Shown here: in pieces, positions 26,555 to 39,553 of the stretch
Position numbering within the stretch: the stretch's first letter is position 1
How the letters are laid out: each line of letters starts with the position of its first letter
Assembly: GCF_037042905.1 (NCBI RefSeq)
Contig: NC_087247.1
Span: forward strand, 17,980,001 to 18,044,000
Source of the DNA: Lytechinus pictus
Taxonomy: Eukaryota
DNA: 64,000 nucleotides
Reading direction: 5' to 3'
The notes under the pieces: model-generated
Databases searched by the model: none
Seen by the model: the letters and a program-made list of their open reading frames with translations, nothing else
What the model was told of the DNA's origin: nothing
Translations under genes and position numbers: made by a program

Positions 26555-27080
26555 GTAAGGAAATCTATACACCGATCTATTTCCCACTTTCAATACTATA
26601 CTCGAAAACCCAGCACTGTATGGTTTAATTTGCCCACCCCTTTATCGTTTAAGTCACTTACTTCATGCATGTCCTGATTCTAAATTCATTCAGTTGGCAA
26701 ACGAAATGATTACCAAGGTTCTAAACTCATTAATTTGCCAAAATTTATTCTTTCGAAATTCAATCACTATTTTGTGTCACCGAATGCATGCCCCGAATTC
26801 GAATCTAAATTGTAAAAACGTTAACTTTAATTCTATTATGAATGAATCGTGATTTATTCATTATGGAATTTATGCTTGGTTTCTTAATGGAAATATTTAT
26901 CATTAACTAATAATAAAACATTAAACTTGCTTTTGTCCAAATTAAGTAAATTATATCTGATAACTTATAATTGATTTATGTAAGTGATCTCATTTCTAAA
27001 CTTTATTCATTTTGAAAACGTTTGCGTTTTTAGGCACCAGTGTATAGGGAAAATACTGTATATACATATATTTCGTACAG

Positions 27081-27206
27081 TAGCCTTAAAAACTAGTGTA
27101 CTGAAGCTTTTCGACATGCACTCATTGGAGTAAAATCGAGTGAATAGCTAAAGCGTTTCCGATGAATTCTTGTCGGAAAGCTTCAGTATGTCCGTTTTTA
27201 AGGCTA
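27081..27206. repeat. Imperfect palindrome (MITE remnant)
   Basis: tagccttaaaaac..tactgaagcttttcgaca / tgtcggaaagcttcagta..gtttttaaggcta. Confidence 0.6.
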
Positions 27207-27708
27207 TTTTACGATTTTGCGGTACCAAACACTCTTTTTCGTATTTTTAATGCAGTTCAATATTAAGCATATGTACATCTCTGCTTACTTTAAGTAGGAA
27301 GTCTCGTTACCAGATTTTTCATGAAAACCTCCCACCTTATCTACGAGAACTTGGGCCCACCAGCTGGCAAACATACATTTTAAGTATAAAAATGCTCTGA
27401 TCCACGTGAATTATGAGGGTGTCCAAGAATGTATGGCCGTTGTATTATGCCGTTGAAATGTGTCACTTCATTAAAACAAATCATGTTGTTGGACAATTTT
27501 GATCGCAGTGACATTGCCAACTTACCTTTTGCATGTTCAACCTACCCTTTTCATGTAAAGTGCAATCATTTCTTCATGCAGTTTCTAGTTTAGAATTGGA
27601 TTTGTTAGGTCTAGCTTTTTATATCTTGAAAAGTGTATTTGTATTTTTTAATCGTATTTTGATTATCTTTAACATGATAATTCATTCAGTTTGATTTCTA
27701 TCTTACAG

Positions 27709-27813
27709 AGACAAACTAGCTTAAATTTTGGATCGGCTTTTGACAACTCAGCATGTGTTTTGGATTCAATCGCCTCACAATTACCAGCTGTTTGGCAAGA
27801 TAGATTAGTAGAT
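27709..27813 (+). CDS. Putative neuropeptide precursor, exon 4 (RQTSLNFGSAFDNSACVLDSIASQLPAVWQDRLVD)
   Basis: Acceptor tttctatcttacag, donor gtaagt, 105 nt; only the phase-0 frame is open, matching both neighbours. Confidence 0.8.
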
Positions 27814-28815
27814 GTAAGTACCTTCCGAATACTGTTTTTATTTTTAAGAAGACGAACTCCTTTACGAAGTTTTGGTTTGATTTGATAAAAAGATGATATT
27901 ATCGACTAATCCATAAATGAAATGGGAGCAAGGGCGATCCGAGCAATTCGACTAGCAAAAAAGAGGTTTCTCTACAAAATGTAGATCCTTTTGGTTATAT
28001 TTATCCATTTTGCCACACCTAACAGAATCCCAGGGGCTGCTGCCTATGGAAAATAACCCACTCAGCACCCACCAGGAAGATTTTCCTGCATCCCAGCACC
28101 CCCGCTTCCTAAGGCCATGGGGGAGGGGACGTGCCCCCTTGAATTTCGAATTTGTACAGCAAGAAATTTTCATCGCCCTTAAGAGACAATAATCTCACAA
28201 ATTCGCGCCCAACCACATTAACAATGTTTCATTATTAAAATCTTGAATTTGCCAGTTACATCATTTTTCACGAACTGATTCTTTGTGATGATTTGAATCC
28301 GACTCTTAAATTAGATTGATTAAATTGCTGGTGAATTGTCATTTTTTTCCATTCAGGCCTTCTAAAAACTTATATGTACATGTATATTATAACAGAGGTT
28401 AAATCAGAAAGCTAAAGATACAATCATGAAATCCTTTTCCGTGTATAAGAAAGACAAAAATACAATTAAAAAAATAGCTGGAACAAGACTGTTCCTGTCA
28501 ATATATTTTTTTTTAATTTGCCATATTTATAAGGTGTCTTTCAAAAAATGTTTATATTCATCATGATAATTAGCAAGAATTATGTATGTATTTGCACACG
28601 TTGCTTTAAAAAAGTTCCTTAAAGTATATTTTGAGCCCATTTAAAAGTTCCTAGTATGGTGGTATTATGAAGTTACTACGAAACTTCATTTAATATTTAT
28701 CAAAGTGCAGTTTATTTAATCTTTTATATCACGTCAATCTGATGATATTTTTTGTCCCCCCCCCCCTCTCTCTCTCTCTGTCTCTCTTTCTCTATCTGTC
28801 TCTGTCATTTCCTAG

Positions 28816-28857
28816 GTTATTCGAAGCGCCTTGCAAGAGGATGACACGTGGTACTAA
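28816..28857 (+). CDS. Putative neuropeptide precursor, terminal coding exon (VIRSALQEDDTWY*)
   Basis: Long (CT)n polypyrimidine tract then catttcctag acceptor; phase 0; TAA at 28855-28857. Confidence 0.7.
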   Translation, partial: VIRSALQEDDTWY

Positions 28858-30569
28858 CCATACTATCTTGATGATTATTTAATGTAGATAAAATTAAATC
28901 TATTGCGGGATACAAACAAAAGAACATGAAATATGCCAGGAATTGTCATTTCAACCAGATAAAAGTATGGGAGGAAACACCGGAAGTTGTTGTTGCCTGG
29001 AAACGGATTCTTTGTGCCTGCAGAATTCTCGATAAGCGCCCATCAAAGCAAAGGACTGATACAATAGAAATATAAGCATTGGTTCATTGTAACACTAGCA
29101 CAATTTCCTTTCTGCTATTGTCAGGATCTTTTTTTCCGAGTTCACATGATTGTGCTCTTAGCCAAGGTCTTTGTGCAATGTTGAACGCTTTTTAAACCAA
29201 CCTTAATGAGCAGACATACACCCATACGTACATTAAGCATGTATGTAGCATGCCCATTGGCACTTTACAATATAACATAACAGTAAATTCTACTCTCCAA
29301 GTGCTTACAAAATATAAAAAGGGGATATTACTGAGAGAAAAAAAAATCGGATTTTAACTTATTTCTTAATACTCGTTCATTTATGACAATAAAAAGCTCT
29401 CTTAATTCTTAAAGTATCTTTCTTTTCATAATATGTTTATAAATGCACTTTTGTTATTTATCGATTTCTTACAAGTTTCCTTGATTTTGATTGGCTGAGG
29501 GGGGCACTGTAACTGTCAGATAAAGCAGGACTTGTCAGATAAAAGGGCCGACGAGTCCTTTCATGAAACGCTCCCCTACAGTCCAAAGTCACCAAAAAAT
29601 CCCGTTAAAGTGGTTATATAGATTTGGAATCAATTCTCATTTAATTCTGGAAAGATTACGCATAGAAAATAAGATTCAACTTGCATAAAAATGTCCATGT
29701 TGATTCACTAAAAATATAGGTTACCTTTAGAAATTGACTGAAAAGAACAATATTATTTGTCATGTATGATTGAATATTTAATTCCGTTCATTATTTATTT
29801 TTCAAATCATTTATACGTCTGCATGTTATACCTTGTTGACCTACTTGTCATCGTTATTTTATCTGAATTGAAAATGTAGAGGTTGTGAATGTTTGTTACA
29901 AAATAGTTTATAGAAATCATGGTTGTTCTTTATTATTTTTTTCTTTACTTATTACAAGTAATATTTATAGTGAACCACTTTCCTCCTTCGTCAGCCTTGA
30001 AAAACCATGATGACATAAAACTGAAGCTGTTGTGACATGACAACACGGTTCTGACTGTAGAAACAGACATATTACATGTTAATCATTGTGTAATATGTAG
30101 ATAATACATAGAGTTATGTAAAAGCAAATGGACCTATATAAATGAATTACAAAATATGTAACCGTGATTAGTAACGTGTCCTGATGTCATGATTATGACA
30201 AACTAATTCTTCAAAATTGTTTAAAAAGGAATGTTGCACGGAAATATTAATTTGAATTGATATTTGTGATATATACATGTATAAATAATTTATTTCTAAA
30301 TACTAAAATCGCATCCACTTTTCAAAGCGATATAAATCTGTTTTATAGGTCTGTTCTATCAACTGTTTTGATTTCATGGTTATATCTGTTTTTTAACATG
30401 TAATATTTTTTTTGATAGATAGAAATTATTGTTTACAATACTCATTTAGTAAGCTCAATTATAACATCTCTGAAAAACATTTCAAATAGTGAAATTTGAC
30501 AAATGTTTGGAAATGATAACTCTAACGATAATTTCTTTTAACAACTGTTTTGAAATATCTCATGGTGAG

Positions 30570-30575
30570 AATAAA
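30570..30575 (+). promoter_or_regulatory. Candidate polyadenylation signal for the + strand gene
   Basis: AATAAA followed ~30 nt later by a GT/T-rich tract (ttggtgtttttttttc); other AATAAA sites exist upstream (e.g. ~29388). Confidence 0.3.
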
Positions 30576-30812
30576 TGTATTTGCAATATATCTCTTTGTA
30601 ACCTTGGTGTTTTTTTTTCTTAGTTTCGGGAATATTTTCATACAGATAAAGATATGAGATATCCATAAATTATGTCATGTAGACTTGAGTTTTAAGGACA
30701 TATATGTTTTTTGTCTTCCAATCTCACTATAGCGCATGGAGACTTGATTTTATCTTTCCTGTTGCCCACGCTCTGGGCGGACCCACCAAGCACCCCGAGT
30801 TAGAAGACTTTG

Positions 30813-31643
30813 GGTCAGATGCATAAAAAGTAGCAATTGCTTGAAAGGAATTGCTTACAGCAAAATCAATAGCTAGCCAAGCAAAAGATCAGGCTCCAGC
30901 AATTGCTTTATTTCATATGCATAACCCTTTGCTTCTGCTTAAACCCTTTTCTTGCCTTCAGAAAGCAATTGCTATCGGTTTGAACAATAGCGACGTCACG
31001 CTGGTGCGAACACGACTCGCAGAAAAAATACGGGACTAGAATGTAAAGGTGTGACAGTGCAAAATATCGCTTTTCACACATTACATATTTTCCTTTAATA
31101 GATGTGGCGTCAAACTATTCCTTTAACTTGTTTCTAATCAATAAATGCATATAGCTGGCATTCAGTTTGCACTTACTTAACAGGGGCCGCGGAACGGTTT
31201 TCAAAGTGGAGTGGCCGAGTCAGAAGTGGGGGGGGGGGGCTGACCATGCAAAAAATCACAATCATAAGTCATTTTAAGTTTTTGTACATCGTTTTGGAAA
31301 AAATGGGGGGAGGGGCTGAAGCCCGCTCCCCAGCCCCCCACTTAGGATGAAAACATTTACAATGATTATGAAACGCGAATACCATGATCAAGCAAATTAA
31401 CGCTCAAGCTGCTCTGACGGAGCTTTAAAAAAACAAGCAAATGCTTGAACGAATAAACAAAGGGGTTCGCTTATATGCCTTTTTAGTAATAGCTTAATCG
31501 TTAAGCAAATGCTAGCAGGCAGTTAGCAATTTCTTGTGCTTACTAGCAAGAGCATTTGTTCGCTCATTTGTATGCATATGGAATCAAGCCAAAGCCGAGC
31601 ATGAGTGTAGCAAAAGCAATTGCTGCTTTTTATACATCTGACC
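30813..31643. mobile_element. MITE with a nested hAT-like insert (~31181-31345)
   Basis: TIR ggtcagatgcataaaaagtagcaattgct / agcaattgctgctttttatacatctgacc; internal insert begins caggggccgcggaacgg. Confidence 0.7.
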
Positions 31644-32573
31644 GGTTATTTGAGAATTATTTTACACATTCAAATCAGAGGCATATAACTTAGTTTACCT
31701 AAAATAGAACAGATTTAATTTACCGAAGTTTGTTAGTGAATTTTGTTAATCAGCCAGGCGAGGAGGGGGGGGGGGCGATGTTTCGACAAACATTGTATAT
31801 TTTTTGTAGCTGGCGAGTCATAATGAATCCATCGGCACATAATGATATGCGCATTTATTGTCCACTAGTCATGCTAGTATCCAATCAATATTGTTTCTTT
31901 TTTTTGTATTATCGATACGGGCGTACTTCGACCCGTCCTTTCCATAACATTATAAAAAAAAAACTTTCTGCTGAGAGGAAACGATAATGAGTATCGAAGT
32001 CTTACAAAGGCGAACATGTAGCCTTTTAAATAAAGTACATCAGCCATCAAAATATTTTTTAGGATCTATGCGTTAGATCAAGATAATAATGTTTGATATT
32101 GATATAAACTATAAAGGGCTGACTTTCCGTGATTTAACCACCCGAAAACATAGGCCCAGTAACACAAAGGTTAGCAAGTAATCGTACGCTTTATTTTCAC
32201 CATTAATTATACATTATGGTTAATGCAATCAATCGTTAAAAAAAGAAAAAAAAATACGATGATTGCTAAGCTTTGTGTAGCTGTTAATGATTTGCGAGTG
32301 ACTCTACGTAAGACTGATGATCTTTTCTTGAGATATTAGATATATTCATATTGTAAAAGAAGGGCTCGCGTAGAATCAGGCTGAATTCCTTGCGAGCACT
32401 CTTACTGTTTTGGTTCTACACGGTTGCCTTGAAATTGCAGCATATGCGAGCCCATAAAGTCGTTACGACTTATTCTTCATGATGTAGAAATAATTCCGTG
32501 GAACTTGAAAGATTTTCGAGGCAGCAGAATTTAGGTGCACTTCAACCGATCAAGTTAGATTAGGAGTGCCCCG

Positions 32574-32709
32574 GGGAGCGTTTCATGAAAGGACTCGTCA
32601 GACGTTTTATCCGACAGTTACTAAGGTAACAGTGCCTCTCAGCTAATCATAATCACGGAAAGTTGTCAGACCTGACGACTTGTCGGACGAGTGTTGATGA
32701 AACGCTCCC
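32574..32709. mobile_element. PIF/Harbinger-like MITE (half copy at ~29460-29576)
   Basis: gggagcgtttcatgaa / ttgatgaaacgctccc; ccg on both flanks. Confidence 0.75.
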
Positions 32710-32801
32710 CCGATCTTCTGACTAATTATACTTCAAAGGCACTTTTTTATGACACCTCAAAATTTCGTTTATTTTACAATCTTATCTGGAGATCTATATA
32801 T

Positions 32802-33106
32802 GGCAGTTTTCACAATCGTGACGGGGGACGGATTCTACAACATATAAATCTATTGTCAAAAAGCTCTTCATGACAATGCAGTCTTTGTCCAAAATCGGTA
32901 AATCAAAACAGCAGTTTCGTCCGGAATCTGGACAAACCACATATTTGCAATTTTTTTTTCGTCAGCTCAGAATCTTACAATGATCAGCTGTCCCGGTTCA
33001 CCAATTTTCGACAAAGACCCTCAGCTGTTCATTGTGATTTGACGGGCATTTTCAATAGATTTTTTATGTTTTAGAATTCGTTCCTGTCGAAATTCCGAAA
33101 ACTCGC
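32802..33106. mobile_element. ~300-bp MITE family member
   Basis: Collinear with 47156-47447 (gacgggggacggattctacaac...ccggttcaccaattt...gacgggcattttcaatagatttt). Confidence 0.75.
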
Positions 33107-36100
33107 AATTAGGAGAGGGATCGGCTGAGTAAAAAACAAATCAATGTAGTTAACGTCTAATTTGACTATTTTCGGGGAGATATAATCGATTTATACGGAA
33201 CCGTCCATTTCTTATTGATAATTTGAATTATACTTATTTGTGTGGGTATGAAAGGGTATAGGCCTACCGGAAATATTCTACAGAAATAAAATAACAATGT
33301 TGCTTTTCATTCGTATATAAAAATCTACAACAGGAATGAAAAAAATATAATAAAACGTGCATGAATAATTGATGAAGGACATCATGTCATCTTCGTAAGT
33401 ACTAAAAAAAAACTAATGGATTCGATTTACTCGATCTTTTATCTTGATCATGCGAAATACCAAAATATAATGGTGGATTTAGGCCTTCTTTCCATCATAA
33501 ATACGGTAGCAGAAGATAGAAAATATATTTTTGGCTTACAATCATCATCTATCAGATACAGGATTAGTATGTAATTTAAAAGTGATATATTTTGGTTTAG
33601 CCCATATTTTTTAATACCTTTTACATGTCACAGAATGATAACTAAACATTTTAAGGTATTGAGTTGAAAAAGTATTTGACTTTATTCCTGTTTCCGGCGA
33701 CGTTAAAATAATTATTTCAGATTTTCTATGACAGTGTCTAGGTTTGTCATGAAATGTGACACCCATATACATGCAATATTTTCTGATTTTTTTTAGAACC
33801 TTGTATAGGAGCATTGTATCTTAGAGAAACACGCTTTATGAAATATGAAATGTTTATGTTATCGTGATGACGATGTAGTCAGTACTCTGACCCATTTATA
33901 CATTATCAGGAAGCTAAGAACTGATTTAATACGCAATGTAAATAAGGGGTTTATGTCATATTCATTATTTGGTTTATTTGGTTTCATAACATTCTGCAAT
34001 CAAGACATGCAAAGACCTTTCATTCTAGATCGGTATAGTTTGAATTTTTTCACTCACCCGCAGCCGAAAGCAACCAAAATTCATACGAGCAAAGACGAGT
34101 TACAACGAGCAATTACGAGCATAAACGAACAATAACGAGCAACGGCGAGCAGATTACATATGCCAACGCAGCGTTATGATTCGGTGGAGTTTGCCCAGGT
34201 GTGCGTGGGGGGGGGCATATATATTCACCTCCACCTTTATATTGATAATTTTATGGTTAAAACACATTTCAGGAAAAATTATCACTCTTTACTAAAAGAA
34301 AATAAACATTTTGGTATACCATATCAAAAGTAAATTTACGCATTCCTTGACGTTTACTTCGATATGCATTCGTTCAATCAAGACAGGAAAAAGTTTGATG
34401 TTACGTTTATGACTGACAACATGGGTTTGGTAACAAAATCTGTTCTACTTTTTGATAATCTATATAAATTTAGCAATTCCAAATTAATCGCGATTTCTCC
34501 CACCCCTTCCCCCACCTCCACATTCATCCATCCGTGCAAAACACGGTATCAGGAAACGTGCAATTACTTTATTAATGAAAGATAAACAACCACAACAACT
34601 GAACATTCACCATAAGAACAAATTTACGAAATAAATTCCGATAATTTCTCTTGTAACATTTGAAAATTAAAATGTTGCTCTTAACATGTAGATCCATGCT
34701 GTTAATGTCAGCTCACTCATGCAATAACTCGATGAATCGACATTTATTTTAACATAACAGTTCTTAATTTTGATAGAAAAAAAAAGTTTCAAAATCAACG
34801 CCGTTTTGATTTATGGAGATTTTTTCGTTTTTGGTACGTTCATTTACCAAGTATTTTTGTCTGAAATAAGAATATTCAGATTGATTTCTTGGACCATCGA
34901 TTGAAAATTATAACGATTGGATTACATTAATAATTCAAAGATTCTAGAGTATGCGGTTTCACACGATCGATGTATTAAATCTCATGAAAATGGTAAATTT
35001 GGGTTTTTATTGATCCGAGCAAATAATTATCTAGTAGAATTGTGTCAGCGAAACAACTATCAGCAGGAAGAAAACTGATCAAAGAGAGCCGCTTGATTTC
35101 TAGATGTCCTATGTGTTATTTGCTAACCTCATTATTCAAAATAGTGGTATACTTGATTAAATACACAACCACACCAACAGAATGGGTAACAACATGTTTT
35201 GAATTTTTCTTTTATAAAATTGTTGTCAACGTTCGTGCAAGAAATGGAGCCAAGTGATATTTTCATGTTACGGACGTAAAGATAGTGATTCAGAAACGCC
35301 CCCCCCCCCCTTTATTGTCAAACAATATTCCCGTCTAAAGTATGGCTGCATATCTTTTGAGTATTGATTATTTTGATGACGATATCGTCTATATCAACTG
35401 ACATCACATCACCCACCCCTACCCTTGTTCTGTATAAGAGATAGAGAATTCGTTCCAGAAAAAAGGGCGTTAGTTAATTTGTCTACCAGAAGCGAATAAT
35501 TCGTGATTATACATGTACATAATTATATTATAGGAAAAGGTATTACGATATTTTTTTCAGGTTTTATGTTTTCGGCCATAAAGAAGGAACTTCGTAAAAA
35601 CTTGTGATTTTGTTCTCCCAATTTCCATGCATCAGCATTTTTTCCATACAGGATTTCTACGAAATTAGAAAGGACTCATTTATCCGATAATGGTCCCCAT
35701 ACATCACCTTATTTCTTTCCCCCTAAGTGGATGTGATAGATTCGCCCTATCGTCCGAAGGTCGATAATAACCAGCGCCTCCCCTCCGTGATGTTTTTAGC
35801 TTGAGAGGTATATAGTTTGTTCTCCTTTCAACCTCGTTGATTCGGATATTCATTCAATCCAATGGCATATCATATTATACGTCTTGATTTACAACAATTC
35901 AGAGTTCATTCCCCTTTAGTCATCCTTTGTCCGTGTATATTGCCTCCCCTTCAACCTGTGCTTGATAGTTTAAGGAATATCAGAGGATGCCTGGCAACAT
36001 GATCAAGTCCAGAACTGAAAATCTGAGTATGTTGTAAAACTATAATTAGTTCATTTTTCTCCAATAAAGTACATGCAATGATATAATCGTTATATGCAAG

Positions 36101-38699
36101 TGTTTATTCCCTTTCTTTCTTGAGTGAGTCAGTTATCAATGCAAAGTCGTTGTGTAAATCTTGTATCGCCTATGTACTTCATGTAATATATATATTTTTT
36201 TCTGTATGACTGGTTTGTTATGTACTAGTATTCATAAACGTTATCTCGTTCAAACATGGTGATTCCAAACGCAGTGCAAAGAAGAAAAATAGTAGAATTT
36301 AAGAAACCTACATACAAATTCATATTCAATATGAAGATTCGATCTCTGTTTTTATTAGTAGTATTTCATTAAATGAATGCATGGGGAATACATGTGCATT
36401 TGGTAAATAACCATCTCTTTTCCCGCGCTATACGGGGTGTCCCAGAAAAACACGGAGCCGCGGATTCTAAGTTTTCTGTTGTCAGAGAGTGCGATTTTGT
36501 TTTCCTGCATACTGGGTTTACGCATCTTCTAAACTCTTAATATTGGTCACATAACCGATACACTTGTCAAAATCAATACAAATTATGTTACATTTTAAAA
36601 TTATGTTAATCTATGATATTTTTTAAACCAAGTTCGATCGAGCACAGTGGTTTTCTTGACCAACTCATTGAAACAAAATGTCAAAAAATTACAAAAAGAT
36701 CAAGTTTGTGCGTTTTCAAAGTCCGGTTATTTAAAATATCGCATATCAAATAAATCATTCAATATGGCCTCTAAACGATGTTTATTGGAAACAGGCCTAC
36801 ATATTTTATAACTTCTTACTCTTTCATTTTGACCCCATTAAAAGATTTCAACAAACTAAAATGACAAAATCTTTGGATCTAAACAGAAAATTTCATTAGG
36901 CTTGAAGTTTTATTTTTCGCTAAATCAACCTCATAGAATTTATAAGATTAAATTTTCGTTAAATAAGTTTTTGAAGACTTAAGTATTTACAAGTCTCGCA
37001 TTAGAATTAAAATTCAAAGTCTCGGGAATTTAAAAAGAGAATATTGAGTTTTTCATCCAAATACAATTTGATGTCCTTTTTGTTAGAAAGCAGCTTTCTA
37101 AGCAGCATTATGCACATTGAAAAAAAAAAAATTCTTTGAGGTTAAGAGTTCATCATTCTCATTTTCTGACGTGTAAGATGATTTGATTTTGCATAACGAC
37201 GAAATTTCATGTTAATGTGTATAAAACTCATTAAATGATTAATTTATATATAGCATTGCGAATATTCCACTAGATATCAAGTTGAATAAATCCAAAGTGT
37301 CACAGAGAAGGATTAACCTTTGCATCCCAATGTTTTTTTTCTGACTCAATGAGTTTACATCGTGTGTTATAAAATATGGTTGATTGATGATTTTTAAGAA
37401 GTATTATAGTGATGTTATAATTGCTTCGAAATGAGTGACAACGAAAGCTTAGTTATTAGATACCGTTTAACTACAGCACAGAGAGGAAAAATGATTAATG
37501 ATTGTCTCCTTAATCCTAGTCACAATGGCCAACATGACCAAGCTGACTCCAGTCTGATCAAAGCTACGTTATATTTATTGAAAAATGGCGGGAGTTTGCA
37601 ATTACTTTGGTGCAACACTTTTAAACAATGCCCCATGTGTAAAAGAATTTAAAAAATTGATTGTCGATATATAAGGCCCATCTTTTTCATTGTGTAAACT
37701 AATTTACTCATCAAAGTCACTCCTTAGTAATTAACAAAAATAATGTTAATTTTTTTTTGTTCTCACTAGGTTAATGGAATCTATATGAAACTCTATTAAG
37801 TGTGTGATTAAAAAATAAAAATCACATACGGTACCCGACCCACTTTTAATTGAAATTGAGTCTGGTATGAAATGCGTTCCATAATTATCTGCGTTCGAAC
37901 TGAATTATATCCCGATATTCTAAGATAATAATTTCGGAAAGCGCAAGTACTACTATTTTCTTAATACACTCTTGGATTCAGAGTCTGATATATGCAAAAT
38001 TAACATTCTGTTTTTCGGTTAAAGATTAGATTTAAAACCTTCGAAATTGAACTTATCAATAATCTAAAAAGTTGGTAAAGTTCTTTTTCCTTACTCCAAA
38101 CGTTATTGGAATTAATGGGGGACAATATACAATTTGTATTAACATGGAGAAGATTTAAGACAGAATTGGAATTATGATTGTCATATTCATCCATAAGATT
38201 GATGAAAAAAATTGTAATTGTAGAAAATCAAAATAGACAATTATTTACTGATTTAATTTTAATGCACTTCAATCACAGCAGTTTTTAATGAAGCTAAATT
38301 TTGAAGCAAAAAAAACAACAACAAAAACAACAACAAAAACAACAAAAACTTGTGTACATAGCAAACGCATGGTTTTTGCTACGACGGACTAAACTGCACA
38401 AATTCTTAATCAAAGTACATGTATATCATGATTATAATTTCATGTGAAATGCCACCCCCCCCCCCCGACAAACATACACACACGCCCACATGCATCCCAC
38501 CAGTAGATTCTGGAGAGAAAACAAAAAATCACAAAGTCTGTGCTTTCATCGTACGTTGATCAAGGATGTTGTAGCCTATGGGGTATGTGCCATTGATTAT
38601 TCTATTGATTATGGCCCGTTTAATAAAATGATCATTACGGTATTTAATTCTATTTTCTATTTAAAAAATCACCTAAACAGTTCTTAACTTACCTTTGTG

Positions 38700-39000
38700 T
38701 GTATTTTCCCACCTTGATAACTGCAATTCTGCTCTTTCTGGAATCCAGCTATCACATTATTTTCCGCCCTCTCCAATGAAGTCAAAATACTTTTGCAAGG
38801 CTTGTTACTCTCTCTAGAAAATCTGAACGTATAGGACGCCAATTCTGAAATCTCTTCACGGGCTTCCAATGCGCCAGTGCATCCTTTCCAAGTTATTCTC
38901 ATATCTTACAGGATCATCAAAGACCGAGATCCTGGATATCTCGCTGACCTCATCCATTTACGCTCCTTTAGCTCTCCCAGACCACTTCGTTCTTCTACGA
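38700..39000 (+). mobile_element. Decayed L2-clade LINE ORF2 C-terminal fragment
   Basis: With frameshifts reads LDNCNSALSGI..QNTFARLVTLSRKSERI-TPILKSLHGLPMRQCI..SYRIIKDRDPGYLADLI..PRPLRSS, matching the L2 motif LDYCNS..QNAAARL..HITPVLKSLHWLP..PxYL..RxLRSS. Confidence 0.85.
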
Positions 39001-39425
39001 TCTTGTAGCTAACCCGAGGCGTGGACCCGAACATATACCACTTTTCTAAACCAGTTCGTTGTTATCCCAGGGGCAACATTGATCAAATGAACGCTCATTT
39101 ATTCCATCAGGATAGGCAAATTTCAATTATGTGAGAATACCTAACATAGCAGAATGCAGAATTTGCATAGACCAGGTGACTAAAATATCACTTCAATGAA
39201 CTCTTTATAAAGGGATTTGTTGCACTTCGAATGCATTAACATGTTGCTGTTACATTGTTTGGCCAACTGTTATTCGCTGTGGGCGCATTGTTGCTTTCCA
39301 GTGGATCGAATGGAGAGCACACTTGTTTAGAATATATAAAAATAATCAAGACATAATGCGCCGAATGTATCTACAAATTGGTCTATCATAAACACACATC
39401 CATAATCCCAACTCCCTTGATCAAT

Positions 39426-39553
39426 NNNNNNNNNNNNNNNNNNNNNNNNNNNNNNNNNNNNNNNNNNNNNNNNNNNNNNNNNNNNNNNNNNNNNNNNNNN
39501 NNNNNNNNNNNNNNNNNNNNNNNNNNNNNNNNNNNNNNNNNNNNNNNNNNNNN
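39426..39553. other. Assembly gap (128 N)
   Basis: Run of n. Confidence 1.

Noticed and set aside
35690-36030. Relatively GC-balanced stretch with a minus-strand acceptor
   Set aside because: The first ATG after the acceptor stops within 7 codons and no coding frame was evident; cannot support an exon without transcript data
38684-38902. Minus-strand 72-aa ORF with an apparent gtaagt donor
   Set aside because: It is the antisense shadow of the + strand L2 LINE fragment
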